From the NCBI GenBank assembly GCA_038874215.1, contig JAVZCV010000001.1, positions 6,452 through 70,451 on the forward strand: a stretch of 64,000 nucleotides of DNA, written 5' to 3'. The stretch comes from Candidatus Micrarchaeia archaeon. GTDB lineage: Archaea; Micrarchaeota; Micrarchaeia; Burarchaeales; JAVZCV01. Under the pieces are notes generated by a model. The model was given only the letters and a program-made list of their open reading frames with translations, did not search any database and was not told the origin of the DNA. Shown piece by piece: positions 47,973 to 57,494 of the stretch. Position numbers and translations under genes: made by a program. Numbering within the stretch: the stretch's first letter is position 1; each line of letters begins with the position of its first letter.

Positions 47973-48824
47973 ATGAGATACGCCATATATTTTTTTCTCG
48001 TATTCATTCTGCTGGGTTGCTTATCCCAACCAGTTCAAGAAAAGTCAGGATATGTCTGCCCAGACGGCAGAGAAGTTAAAAACCCTTCGGAATGTGTGCC
48101 AGTTTCTGTATATACCTGCCCGAATGGAGTGGTTGTTTCTGATCCTTCAAAATGCCCTAAGGAAATTTACACATGCCCTACGGGAGAGAGGGTTGCCGAC
48201 CTTTCTCTCTGCCCGCCGAGATGCAGGGAGAAAGGTTATAGGTGCGATACTGATCTTGATTGTTGTGAGCCCTTGCGTTGCATGCAGGGATACTGTGAGC
48301 TTATTGAAGTGCGCAAACCCTCCGCAAACCAGACAGCAAACAAGACAATAGATGTGGTAGAAGATATGAAGGAGAGAATAGCGCTCGCATTCGCGAACTA
48401 TTCGCTTAAAGTTTCTGATGAATGGGGGCAGGCGGATGAGGGCTCGCCTCTCCTTGTAGGTGTTGATTTACGCGGTACGAGGTATGCGCGGTATTTTGCA
48501 GAGGTTTTTAATAGAAGCAATAAAGTCGGGGAGGTTCATTTGATTATATACCGAGAAAATGCGCCAAGCATACAGAAGGTAGAGGAGAACCATCGTGTCT
48601 ATTCGCCCTCTATAAGCACTGATGTGGGCTATGCAAAAATAGGTAATAAAACTGCCCTGATTGTTATTAAGCATTTTTCCGCACCTCTGGGAAGGAGGCT
48701 TTACACTAGAACTACCGACGTTCTATTCGGTAATTTAAGGGTTGTATATATAACGGAGAAAAGTGGTGAAACGCCAACGCAGTATGTTCAGCCGCTTGAT
48801 GTTTATCTTGCTTCGGCCTGTTAA
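47973..48824 (+). CDS. Secreted Cys-rich repeat protein
   Basis: Signal peptide followed by repeated C-P-[DNT]-G-x-x-V-x-[DN]-[PL]-S-x-C-P units (CPDGREVKNPSEC, CPNGVVVSDPSKCP, CPTGERVADLSLCPP). Confidence 0.45.
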   Translation: MRYAIYFFLVFILLGCLSQPVQEKSGYVCPDGREVKNPSECVPVSVYTCPNGVVVSDPSKCPKEIYTCPTGERVADLSLCPPRCREKGYRCDTDLDCCEPLRCMQGYCELIEVRKPSANQTANKTIDVVEDMKERIALAFANYSLKVSDEWGQADEGSPLLVGVDLRGTRYARYFAEVFNRSNKVGEVHLIIYRENAPSIQKVEENHRVYSPSISTDVGYAKIGNKTALIVIKHFSAPLGRRLYTRTTDVLFGNLRVVYITEKSGETPTQYVQPLDVYLASAC

Positions 48825-48943
48825 TGGACTCGCCGGGAATTGAACCCGGAGTCTCTGCCTTTTGCTAAACTTTTTTGAGCAGTTTTTGATCAACCCAAAA
48901 AAGTTTGTGCGAAGGCAGCGTCTTACCATTCGACTACGAGCCC
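48825..48943 (-). tRNA. tRNA-Ala(CGC) with a 47-nt intron at 37/38
   Basis: Minus-strand GGGCTCG…CGAGTCC+A acceptor carrying the G3:U70 Ala identity pair. Anticodon stem CTGCC/GGCAG with loop TTCGCA|A. T-arm CCGGG-TTCAATT-CCCGG. No encoded CCA. Confidence 0.6.
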
Positions 48944-48970
48944 TGATGATTGTATTTATGTGGTTAAATT

Positions 48971-49468
48971 TTAATCACTACCATTATGGTTGCTCGCTAT
49001 CTTTTTGGCGGGTATGCCGCCTACAAAGGAGTTGGGCTCTACATTTCTGTTTACAAGCGAGCCTGCCGATATTATTGCATTATCTCCGATAGTAATGCCA
49101 GGCAGGACTATTGAGCGTGCCCCTATCAGGACGTTTTTGCCTATTTTTACCCTCCCCGCCCTCCATTCGTTGGGAAGAAATTCGTGCGTTAGGATGAGCG
49201 CATCGTAGCCTATTATCGTATTATCTCCGATTTCAATCAGTTCTGGGAAGAAAACGTCAAGCTGTGCGCAAAGTCCGATTGCCACGTTTTTGCCAACTTT
49301 AACTCCAAGAAGAGTGTAGAGAGCATTCTTAACTGCGAGGGACGGTATGTATTTGCAAATCTCTAGAATGATGAAATTTATACCGAGCCGAATGGGATTT
49401 CTTACTCTCCACCATTGCCACAGCGAATTTCTACCTTCTGTCCTATGGCATTCTATATTCCTTCGCAT
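48971..49468 (-). CDS. Hexapeptide-repeat (LbH) acetyltransferase
   Basis: Repeated [LIV]G-x-x-x-x-I hexapeptides (IGDNTIIGYDALI, IGKNVLIGARSIVLPGITIGDNAIISAGSLV). Confidence 0.7.
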   Translation of the reverse strand: MRRNIECHRTEGRNSLWQWWRVRNPIRLGINFIILEICKYIPSLAVKNALYTLLGVKVGKNVAIGLCAQLDVFFPELIEIGDNTIIGYDALILTHEFLPNEWRAGRVKIGKNVLIGARSIVLPGITIGDNAIISAGSLVNRNVEPNSFVGGIPAKKIASNHNGSD

Positions 49469-49480
49469 CCGCTTCCCTGT

Positions 49481-50824
49481 CTATTTCTTCTTTAAGCCTC
49501 GCTCTATGAAAACTTTGTGCAGTTTTTTTACAGCGCTTGGCACATCTTTGTTCTCTATAACCACAGAGATGTTTCGCTCTGATGCACTCTGGGATATGCC
49601 TATTACGTTTATCTTTTCTTCTGCAAGGGCATCAAAAACGCGTGCCGCTGTTCCTACTTTTCCCTTCATTGCGCTCCCTATAACGGAAACAACGCCAACA
49701 TCTTTCTTTATTTCTATGTTCCGTTTCCCGTTCGTGTCTTTTATTATCCGCTCAACTTTTTCAAGATGCTTTGAATCAACAACGATAGATATCTCCCCGA
49801 ATGAGGAGGATTCAACAAGAAGAAGCGGGTATATGTTCAGCCTCCCGAAGCCCGCTATCATCGTCGCAAACTCCGCCATCATTTTTTCGGAGTAGCCGAA
49901 CATGTCTATCATCGCGGCGTTTTTCACTGCGCTGACCACAAGGGTATCCGTCTCATCGTTGCATATCATCGTCCCTTTACCGTGTCCATGGAAGTTCTTT
50001 ATGAGTATGGGGATGTTTGCTTCAACTGCGGGTGCTATCGCTTTTTCATATATAACCTTTGAGCCGTAGTGGGCTATCTCAAGCGCATCGTTGTAGTGTA
50101 TTTTTTCAACAATGCGAGCATTCTCAACCAGCTTCGGGTCTGCCGTCATAAGACCATCAACATCTTTGTACAATGTAACCCCGCACTTAAGTGCGGCTGC
50201 AACATACGTGGCCGTGTAATCTGAACCTCCCCTGCCGAGGGTTGTTATCTTTCCCTCCTTGCTCACCCCTACAAACCCAGGGATGACTGGAACGCCGTCA
50301 AATCCAAGAACTTTTTTTCGTATAAGAGGCTTGCTTTCGTCCAATATTGTGGCATCCTTGTAGTTGTTGTCTGTTATTATGTACGAGCCTATGTCAGAGA
50401 AAGCCTTTGCATTTATTCCTGCTTCGTTCAGGTATGCTGCCATTATCTCAACAGAAAGCCTTTCCCCAAAAGAAACGATTTTGTCGTGTATGCTCGGAGT
50501 CACCTCCCCGAGATATCGTATTCCCGTAAGCGTGTTTTTTATCTCGCTGAAATGAGCGTCAAGCCTCTCTATAACATCCTGTGGCTTTTTTAGATTCCCG
50601 AGTGCAGAGTAGTGCTTCATCTCTATGTCCCCTATTTCAACCTTTCCCGCAAGCGCTTCGTTTATTTTCTGTATGAGAAGGTCGGTAACGCCTTTGAGCG
50701 CTGAGAGAACGAGGACAGGCCTTTTTGTGCTCCGCACTATCCGTATTGTTTTTGCCAAATCCTCTTTATCAGTAAGGCATGAGCCTCCGAACTTCAAAAC
50801 CTCCATTGCTCCACCTCCAGCCAT
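49481..50824 (-). CDS. lysC: Aspartate kinase with tandem ACT domains
   Basis: MEVLKFGGSCL…, kinase core, and C-terminal ACT repeats (…VSVIGSAMKGKVGTAARVFDALAEEKINV…). Confidence 0.85.
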   Translation of the reverse strand: MAGGGAMEVLKFGGSCLTDKEDLAKTIRIVRSTKRPVLVLSALKGVTDLLIQKINEALAGKVEIGDIEMKHYSALGNLKKPQDVIERLDAHFSEIKNTLTGIRYLGEVTPSIHDKIVSFGERLSVEIMAAYLNEAGINAKAFSDIGSYIITDNNYKDATILDESKPLIRKKVLGFDGVPVIPGFVGVSKEGKITTLGRGGSDYTATYVAAALKCGVTLYKDVDGLMTADPKLVENARIVEKIHYNDALEIAHYGSKVIYEKAIAPAVEANIPILIKNFHGHGKGTMICNDETDTLVVSAVKNAAMIDMFGYSEKMMAEFATMIAGFGRLNIYPLLLVESSSFGEISIVVDSKHLEKVERIIKDTNGKRNIEIKKDVGVVSVIGSAMKGKVGTAARVFDALAEEKINVIGISQSASERNISVVIENKDVPSAVKKLHKVFIERGLKKK

Positions 50825-50862
50825 TGGTTGAGATTTTCATTTGCTTAAAACAGTTTAAAATT

Positions 50863-51597
50863 TTATGGGTATACAACTCCTCCCTGCGATTTTCTTATTG
50901 CGTGCGATATGAACTTCTCTGCAAGCTCTACTGTTCGCATGGGGCCGTATCCTTGTGAAAGGTATGATGCTATTGCAGACGCAAAAACGCACCCTCCTCC
51001 CCGCGTGCTCGTAGGGATGTATTGTTTACTAAAAACTTTGAAATTAGAACCATCGCGTACCACATCATAGATGCGTGCACCAGCTCGGATACCCTTTATA
51101 ACCGCTGTTCTGCAAGGGAGTATAAGCGACGCTCGCTTTGCATCGTTTATGGATTTTACATCAATATTCGTAAGCCTTTTTGTCTCGTATAAATTTGGTG
51201 TTGCTACCATTACAAAAGGAAGGAGGTTTTTGCGGATTGCTTCCATGCACCCCCCTCTCATGAGCGCGCCGCCAGCCTGCGCACTCATTACAGGGTCAAG
51301 GACAGAAGGGATTTGCTTTTCTTTCAGAAAATCAGCAACAACATGGACGATTCTCACCGTCCCGAGCATGCCTATCTTCACAACATTTATTTTTTTTTCT
51401 TCGCAGACGGACTGGAGCTGCTCCTTTACAAAATTTGGAGTTAGAAATTTTACCCCTCTCACCCCATTTTTGTTTTGTGCCGTTATAGAAGTCAAAACTG
51501 TGCAGTAATCCACTTTAAGCTTCGTGAATGTCCTGATGTCGGCGCATATCCCCGCAGCACAGGAAGGATCAAAGCCCCCTATTGAGAGAACAGCCAA
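50863..51597 (-). CDS. thiD: Hydroxymethylpyrimidine/phosphomethylpyrimidine kinase (ThiD, PfkB-like)
   Basis: AVLSIGGFDPSCAAGICADIRTF…DPVM…GG anion hole; ThiD/PdxK family pattern. Confidence 0.7.
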   Translation of the reverse strand: MAVLSIGGFDPSCAAGICADIRTFTKLKVDYCTVLTSITAQNKNGVRGVKFLTPNFVKEQLQSVCEEKKINVVKIGMLGTVRIVHVVADFLKEKQIPSVLDPVMSAQAGGALMRGGCMEAIRKNLLPFVMVATPNLYETKRLTNIDVKSINDAKRASLILPCRTAVIKGIRAGARIYDVVRDGSNFKVFSKQYIPTSTRGGGCVFASAIASYLSQGYGPMRTVELAEKFISHAIRKSQGGVVYP

Positions 51598-51610
51598 CTA
51601 ATCCACCCTC

Positions 51611-51868
51611 TTATTTGCGAAAATAGAGGATGAAGAAGAGGAAGAGAATGAGCATGATAAATCCGAGGATTATGGCGATGAATGCACTCCTTTGGCTCGT
51701 GCCGAAAACGATCGGTATGGGACCTATTAGTATTATGCCGCCAGCCTCTGCGCCTTCACCCTTGCCTGCGAGCATGGAGAGGAAAACAAGGGAAAACCCG
51801 AGAAGGATGAACGCGATTCCCAAGGGAAGCATGTTTTGCTCAAACATGTGTTGTATTTGGATGTTCAA
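51611..51868 (-). CDS. Small archaeal membrane protein (DUF131-like)
   Basis: 85 aa, two transmembrane helices, central GKGEGAEAGGIILIGPIPIVFG. Confidence 0.4.
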   Translation of the reverse strand: MNIQIQHMFEQNMLPLGIAFILLGFSLVFLSMLAGKGEGAEAGGIILIGPIPIVFGTSQRSAFIAIILGFIMLILFLFFILYFRK

Positions 51869-52066
51869 TTTTTTAAATTATGGGGGGATATTGTAGCAAC
51901 TCGGTGGATTTATGGCGGAAGAGAGGTCTTGGGACGCTTGGAAAAAAAGCAGGGAGAAGTTTGAGAGATTAAACGAGCCTGTGTATAGGAGAAAAAAGGG
52001 CGCTTTGCAGAGGTTCATAGAAAGCATAAGAAAGTTTTTGGGGTTTTAGGTTTCTCGTTTTTTGGT

Positions 52067-52534
52067 ATGAAGAAGTATGAAAAAGTAGGATTTATATATT
52101 GGTATAACCTAACTATAATTGGGATTAGCATGGGAATCGCTGCCAGCTTGCAAAGCGCAAACAGTGCGACGAAGAGACAGAATAAGAGGGTAGTGGGTGG
52201 AAGGTTGAGGTTTGCCGAAATTGAACCTCGTGGGTTTCGGAGGAAATTTTCAGTAGAGGGAGCAATAGAGGAATTCATGGCGGCTGGCGAGAAAGGCAGG
52301 AGGAAGATTGAAGAGATGGAAAGGATGGAGAGGGAGGAATTTGAACTGCAGAAAGTTGGGGAAAGAGGTTTTGGGGAGGTTACAGAAGTTATAGGAGTTC
52401 CGTCAGAACCGATGAGCCCACCAGTTGTTGGTGGTGGCGAGAGCCTGCTTGCCCAAGCATATTCTTTCGTAAACATTATCGCGGTTCTTGGCAGGCTTAT
52501 GGGCGAGAGAAAAACTGAGAAGGCAAAGCCATAG
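52067..52534 (+). CDS. Hypothetical membrane-anchored protein
   Basis: N-terminal transmembrane segment (VGFIYWYNLTIIGISMGIAASL) followed by a charged domain. The antisense ORF is S/P-rich and looks like noise. Confidence 0.3.
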   Translation: MKKYEKVGFIYWYNLTIIGISMGIAASLQSANSATKRQNKRVVGGRLRFAEIEPRGFRRKFSVEGAIEEFMAAGEKGRRKIEEMERMEREEFELQKVGERGFGEVTEVIGVPSEPMSPPVVGGGESLLAQAYSFVNIIAVLGRLMGERKTEKAKP

Positions 52535-52548
52535 CTAATGGTTTGTAC

Positions 52549-53289
52549 TCATATTGGCATTATCCTTCCGCCATCAACAACTATAACCTGCCCTGTTATA
52601 TAGTCGTTGCATGTTGCAAGAAAAAGCGCAACCTCTGCCACATCTTCGGGAGTTGCAAACCTGCGTGCGGGTATCGTTTCTATAACCCGTTTTCTTCTTT
52701 CGCCTTTCAGGTGGTTCTGCATCTCCGTGTCCGTATAACCAGGGGCGATTGCGTTAACCTGAATTATCGGTGCGAGCATGTTGGCGTATGTGCGGGTTAG
52801 GGATATCACGCCAGCCTTTGAGGCGTTGTAGTGAAGCGCTGCTGAAGAGCCCTTTATGCCCGCTGTTGATGCGATATTGATTATTCTACCCCCTCCCTGT
52901 TTTTTCATGATTGGGAAAGCGATGTGCGAGCAGAGGAAAACGCCCTTCAGATTAACAGCCATTATCCTATCCCAGTTCTCCTCATTTACTTCTTCAAGGG
53001 ACTGGGCCCAGTGCGCAATTCCTGCGTTATTTACTAGTATATCAAGCCTTCCGCAGTCTCTGAGAACGATATCAAACATGTTTTTTACTTCTTTGCTTTT
53101 TGAAACGTCAGCCTTTATCGGTATTCCGCCTATTCTATCGGCGAGTTCTTTCGCTTCCTTCTCTGATTTGTTGTAGTTTATGATTACTTTTGCCCCTTCT
53201 GATGCGAATTTCTCCGCTATCGCTTTCCCGATCCCCCTGCTTGCGCCCGTTATTAACGCAACTTTTCCAAGAAGTTTTTTTCCTGCCAT
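52549..53289 (-). CDS. fabG: 3-oxoacyl-ACP reductase-like SDR
   Basis: GKVALITGASRGIGKAIA, NNAG, and a YxxxK-type active-site region. Confidence 0.8.
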   Translation of the reverse strand: MAGKKLLGKVALITGASRGIGKAIAEKFASEGAKVIINYNKSEKEAKELADRIGGIPIKADVSKSKEVKNMFDIVLRDCGRLDILVNNAGIAHWAQSLEEVNEENWDRIMAVNLKGVFLCSHIAFPIMKKQGGGRIINIASTAGIKGSSAALHYNASKAGVISLTRTYANMLAPIIQVNAIAPGYTDTEMQNHLKGERRKRVIETIPARRFATPEDVAEVALFLATCNDYITGQVIVVDGGRIMPI

Positions 53290-53405
53290 GATATTAAGAA
53301 GAGGTGGGAAGGTTTATCTGGTTTGCTATTCACTGGAAAATTACTCTTTCACCGCATTTTTATACCAAGAAAACAGCAACGACTACGCCGTGGAGCGTGG
53401 TGATA

Positions 53406-53617
53406 TGAGCATAAGGATAAACATCGGAAATTTACGGTATGCGGATGTTGAGGAGATTGCAAGCGCATTCGGTGAAAACAAAAATATCTATATCAGAAAA
53501 GCGGGAGAGAATGTTGTCTTTGAGGTAGAGAAAGAGAGTGGGGTTTCTTCCAAATACGCCGAGGAGCTTGAACCTATCGAGTATATATCTGCAAGAAAAA
53601 CAAGAGAAGGAGAATAG
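53406..53617 (+). CDS. Hypothetical small protein (start uncertain; the alternative ATG at 53289 overlaps the fabG start codon)
   Basis: MSIRINIGNLRYADVEEIASAFGENKNIYIRKAGENVVFEVEKE…; no recognisable family. Confidence 0.25.
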
Positions 53618-54695
53618 AAACCGTCAGCGGGCAAGCCCTTCCCCCTTCCTTTTTGCCATCGCCCACCCCCCCATCAACACATTGATTGTTAACACAGCTC
53701 TTCCCTGAGGGGCATGGGGGGTTGTTGTAAGCGCAACCTTCTTTTAGGACGCAGATGTTGTTTATGCATTCTTCGTTTGAAGCGCACGGCGGATTATCGT
53801 AGGCACAGCCGTGCAGCCTAACGCAGATGTTGTTTATGCACTCGGAGCCATACGGACATGGGGGATTGCCGTAAGAGCAGCCTTCTTTTAGGACGCAGAT
53901 GTTGTTTATGCACGTGTGGTTCTCATCGCATGCAGGGCTGTTGTAGGCGCAACCCAAGTACTTCATGCAAGTGTTATTCTCGCAGTAGTGGTTTGGCGGG
54001 CATGGGGGGTTGTTGTAGGCGCATCCAACTTTTGCGATACACTCATTCAGCCTGCATGTTTCGTTTTCATTGCAGGGAGGATTCTTGTAGTAGCAACCCC
54101 TGTTCCCAACGTTTGATGCGTTGAAGGGAAATCCCTCGCTTATCACCCCACCTCTTACGATATCTATCAACTCCCTCAATGTCTGCTCTGTAAAAACACA
54201 CTTATTTGACCTCAGAATATTGCAGCAAACCTCTATTCGGAATTTGGGGGCTTTGCTTGCTACTGCACTCTCAAGCTGTTGTGAAAGCTGTTCCCTGCAT
54301 TCGTCCGCATTCACTATGTTGTTCGTTGGATCATGCGCATCTGCGTAGTAGGCTGATGCAACTGCGAGTGCAAACGCCTGCTCGCATCCGTGCTTCCCCT
54401 TTGCGATAAGCCTCCAATTTGCCCCTTCTTCCCATGCAGGGCAAGAAAGTGTCTGGCGGCAGTATTTTCCGTCTATCGCAGGGCAGCCTTGGAGCGCATC
54501 AACGCAGAAGCGCCTATGGGTATCGTTTAGCACAAAGTCGGGGTATGATGCGCCCTCGTCTATTCGTTCTTTGCATTCTGATGGGTAATATGTTAGGAGT
54601 ATTGACTCGGCGATATACTGTTTAGTTATAGGTCCGTATGCCGATGCGGCGTAAAAAAGCGAGAGAAGAAGCAAAAGCGCAAGAGAGTTTCTCAT
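53574..54695 (-). CDS. Secreted Cys-rich protein with about six tandem 24-aa repeats (GCAYNNPPCxxxxxCxNNxCV) and a C-terminal hydrophobic anchor
   Basis: Signal peptide MRNSLALLLLLSLFYAASA. Repeats are GCAYNNPPCPPNHYCENNTCMKYL, GCAYNSPACDENHTCINNICVLKE, GCSYGNPPCPYGSECINNICVRLH, GCAYDNPPCASNEECINNICVLKE and GCAYNNPPCPSGKSCVNNQCV. C-terminal LTVSILLLLFFLQI. Confidence 0.55.
   Translation of the reverse strand: MRNSLALLLLLSLFYAASAYGPITKQYIAESILLTYYPSECKERIDEGASYPDFVLNDTHRRFCVDALQGCPAIDGKYCRQTLSCPAWEEGANWRLIAKGKHGCEQAFALAVASAYYADAHDPTNNIVNADECREQLSQQLESAVASKAPKFRIEVCCNILRSNKCVFTEQTLRELIDIVRGGVISEGFPFNASNVGNRGCYYKNPPCNENETCRLNECIAKVGCAYNNPPCPPNHYCENNTCMKYLGCAYNSPACDENHTCINNICVLKEGCSYGNPPCPYGSECINNICVRLHGCAYDNPPCASNEECINNICVLKEGCAYNNPPCPSGKSCVNNQCVDGGVGDGKKEGGRACPLTVSILLLLFFLQIYTR
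53690..54130. repeat. About 72-nt periodic coding repeats (Cys-rich module) within 53574..54695
   Basis: Periodicity inferred from the protein-level repeats; boundaries approximate. Confidence 0.5.
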
Positions 54696-54871
54696 TTTGC
54701 CATCCTCTTAGCAAGTTTTACTATTTTGGCGGCGATTTTGTTTATTTGGTATTTGGAGAGTGGAAGCCTCATCTTTTTCAGTATTTCTTTGTTTTTGGAA
54801 AAATCAGTGCTGAATTCGCTGTTCATTTTTACGAAATCCTTTGCGAGCGCCATTGCGATGTTTCTGCTCAT
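54692..54871 (-). CDS. rps17e: 30S ribosomal protein S17e (59 aa), missed by the ORF track (<60 aa)
   Basis: MSRNIAMALAKDFVKMNSEFSTDFSKNKEILKKMRLPLSKYQINKIAAKIVKLAKRMAK fits the S17e pattern (…F[ST]xDFxxNK…SKxxxNxIAGYIxRL…). A strong RBS GGAGGTGATCA lies upstream. Its TGA stop overlaps the ATG of the downstream Cys-rich gene in an ATGA arrangement. Confidence 0.6.
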   Translation of the reverse strand: MSRNIAMALAKDFVKMNSEFSTDFSKNKEILKKMRLPLSKYQINKIAAKIVKLAKRMAK

Positions 54872-54889
54872 CTGATCACCTCCATTATT

Positions 54890-55477
54890 CTATATAAACC
54901 ACTCTGGCTCTGGAAGTATTTCCTTTTCAGCATCCTTAATGCTAACCTTCTTTCCGTCCTTTACAACATATCTTCCAAGCTCGGCAACAACGGTTGAATT
55001 CGGCGGGACATCCTTTATAACGAGAGCACCCGCACCTATTCTGCTGTTATCCCCTATTTTAACAGGGCCGAGGATTGTGCAGCCCACTCCAAGCACGACG
55101 TTGTTGCCTATTGTTGGATGGCGCTTTTTCCCCTTCTCATCAACCCACCAGCCATGCCCTCCAAGCGTAACGCCGTGATACATCATCACATCGTCCCCTA
55201 TCTCTGTTGTTTCCCCTATCACTATTCCCATCCCATGGTCTATGAAGAACCGCTTGCCGATTTTCGCACCTGGGTGGATTTCTATGCCTGTTAGAAAGCG
55301 GTTTATCTGCGAAATAAGGCGGGGTATGAACGGAATGCCTAGCTTGTAAAGAAAGTGGGCAATTCTATGGAGGAATATTGCATGTATCCCTGGGTAGAGA
55401 AGAACCTCAAGCGAGTTTATGCCGTATTTCAGGGCAGGATCCTTATTGAAGGCAACCCGTATTGAATCAAGAACCAT
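54890..55477 (-). CDS. cysE: Serine O-acetyltransferase
   Basis: …[38 protein letters not shown]… hexapeptide core typical of CysE. Confidence 0.8.
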   Translation of the reverse strand: MVLDSIRVAFNKDPALKYGINSLEVLLYPGIHAIFLHRIAHFLYKLGIPFIPRLISQINRFLTGIEIHPGAKIGKRFFIDHGMGIVIGETTEIGDDVMMYHGVTLGGHGWWVDEKGKKRHPTIGNNVVLGVGCTILGPVKIGDNSRIGAGALVIKDVPPNSTVVAELGRYVVKDGKKVSIKDAEKEILPEPEWFI

Positions 55478-55749
55478 ATGGTTAATTTGCGCATTAGTTA
55501 TTTAAATTTCAGTGCAAGCGCTGGGGCGGGCTTCCGATGAAATTTCAGAGCACAAGCTTACAAGCACAGAGGAGATAATGATCGTGTCTGATGCGGCAAG
55601 GACCCACTCGAGCGAAGTTTATGTTATTTTCGGTAGAATTGTGCTATCGGCAGATGTGATTGCGCCAAACAAAAGGAGGATAAGAAGCTCGGGATAAGCG
55701 ACCATATGCAAATTCTACTGAAGCGAAAATAATAAACCTGAGGATTGTT

Positions 55750-56841
55750 TTGGTATATATGCGGGAGCGCATAATACTCCACGTTGATATGGACCAATTC
55801 TTCGCAGCTGTTGAAATGAGGGAGAACCCAGCGCTCGCAGGAAAACCAGTTGTCGTTGGGGCAGACCCGAAGGGAGGGAGGGGGCGGGGGGTTGTTTCAA
55901 CATGTAATTATGAAGCGCGCAAATTCGGCATAAGGTCTGGGATGCCAATCTCAGAGGCATACCGCCTCTGCCCGAATTGTGTTTTCCTGCCCGTTAATGC
56001 GGAGTTGTATTGGAGGGTTTCTGGAGAAGTTATGGAAATTCTGAAGGAATATGCGGATAGGTTTGAGCAGATTTCGGTTGATGAGGCATGGCTTGACATA
56101 AGTTCGCGCGTTGGGAGTTTTGAAGAGGCGGAGGAGTATGCGAAAAGAATTCAGAGGGATGTTTTTGAGAAAACGAAGCTAACATGCTCCGTTGGGATAG
56201 GCCCGAATAAGCTCATAGCGAAAATGGCAAGTGGAATGAAGAAGCCTAACGGAATAACTGTTGTGCCGCCCGAGAAGGTGCATGAATTCCTTTACCCTCT
56301 GCCGATTGACAACTTGTGGGGCGTCGGAAAAAAGACTGCAGAGATGTTTGAGAGGATGGGAATAAAAACGATAGGGGACCTTGCGAGATACGATGCGGCA
56401 AGGATTGTTGAGGAGTTTGGCGCATGGGGCGGTCAGCTGAAACTCTTCGCACAGGGAGTAGACAACAGTGAAGTTGGCGAAGAGTATGAACGCAAATCGA
56501 TAGGAAGGCATCATACTTTTGAGAGGGATACGAAAGATGAGAAGATGATAAAAGAAGCTGTGGATGAGATGTGCAAGGATATAATAGGGGAGGCGCTCGC
56601 AAACGGTATTCTTTTCAGCAACATAACCATCATGGTGCGGTTCAGCGACTTTGAAACACATACAAGCTCAAGGACGCTCAAGATACCAACGAACGAATTG
56701 CAGGTTCTGAGGAAGAATGCGTGGGAGCTCTTTGCGCCTTATTTGAAAGATAGGCGATTAATAAGGCTCGTGGGCGTTCGTATTGCTAAACTTTTGCATG
56801 GAAAAGGGCAGAAGAGGCTTGGGGAATGGGTGTCGGATTAG
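55750..56841 (+). CDS. dbh: Y-family DNA polymerase IV (Dpo4/DinB)
   Basis: ILHVDMDQFFAAVEMRENPALAGKPVVVG…, SVDEAWLDI, little-finger domain. Length 363 aa. Confidence 0.85.
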   Translation: MVYMRERIILHVDMDQFFAAVEMRENPALAGKPVVVGADPKGGRGRGVVSTCNYEARKFGIRSGMPISEAYRLCPNCVFLPVNAELYWRVSGEVMEILKEYADRFEQISVDEAWLDISSRVGSFEEAEEYAKRIQRDVFEKTKLTCSVGIGPNKLIAKMASGMKKPNGITVVPPEKVHEFLYPLPIDNLWGVGKKTAEMFERMGIKTIGDLARYDAARIVEEFGAWGGQLKLFAQGVDNSEVGEEYERKSIGRHHTFERDTKDEKMIKEAVDEMCKDIIGEALANGILFSNITIMVRFSDFETHTSSRTLKIPTNELQVLRKNAWELFAPYLKDRRLIRLVGVRIAKLLHGKGQKRLGEWVSD

Positions 56842-57491
56842 CTCTTCTTTTTACGAAGAGTTATGAGAATCGCAGCGGCGATGAGAAAGGCGGATGCAAG
56901 AACCACGACTGCAATGAGTAAAAGAGAGGGGGCGGGGGCAGTCTCGGGCGGTTTCTCTGCTGGTTGTGAGGCGCTTTCCTGCTGTTGCACTGTTTGCATA
57001 CACTCTTTATCGGCAGGATGCTGAGAGCAGAAATCGCGCACAAGCGGTTTTAAGTCTGCCCGCAAAAGCTCTTCATCCGTCGTGTAGTTGTGAAGACTCA
57101 CGGCAGATAGATTGGAGTAGAATGGGAAAACCAATGTGAGGTTTTCTTCGTCAACAAAAACGGCTTTGAAGCCTTCGGGATTCCCGAATTCGCTGCTTTC
57201 TTCATCGGCGGGTAGAGTTTCGTAGAAGCGTATTCTGGGGTCGCGAATCCCGTATGCATTTATTATTCCTCCATCGGAATGGATTTTAAGCCTGAAATCT
57301 TTCCACTCCACTATGTGCTGTGGCGCATAGCCATATACTATCTTCTCGCTCAATATTGTGAATGTGTCGTTTTTTATGTTGATGCGCACTATTACGGCTT
57401 TTGGCGATTCGCTTGCATTCGTGTCCGCATACGCTAAGCTCGTGCAAATCATTATTCCGAATATCACAAGTGCAGCTTTTGAGAAATTCAT
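56838..57491 (-). CDS. Secreted hypothetical protein with a C-terminal transmembrane anchor
   Basis: Signal peptide, ~170-aa extracellular domain, PAPSLLLIAVVVLASAFLIAAAILITLRKKKS. Confidence 0.4.
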   Translation of the reverse strand: MNFSKAALVIFGIMICTSLAYADTNASESPKAVIVRINIKNDTFTILSEKIVYGYAPQHIVEWKDFRLKIHSDGGIINAYGIRDPRIRFYETLPADEESSEFGNPEGFKAVFVDEENLTLVFPFYSNLSAVSLHNYTTDEELLRADLKPLVRDFCSQHPADKECMQTVQQQESASQPAEKPPETAPAPSLLLIAVVVLASAFLIAAAILITLRKKKS

Positions 57492-57494
57492 AAA

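Noticed and set aside
52015-52476. Track ORF 52015..52476 (-), 153 aa
   Set aside because: S/P/T-rich composition without secondary-structure character. The opposite-strand ORF with a transmembrane anchor is preferred, at low confidence.
54638-54997. Track ORF 54638..54997 (+), 119 aa
   Set aside because: Antisense to the S17e gene (good RBS, family-like sequence) and to the start of cysE.
55512-55697. Track ORF 55512..55697 (+), 61 aa
   Set aside because: Short ORF in the cysE/dbh intergenic promoter region with no supporting features.
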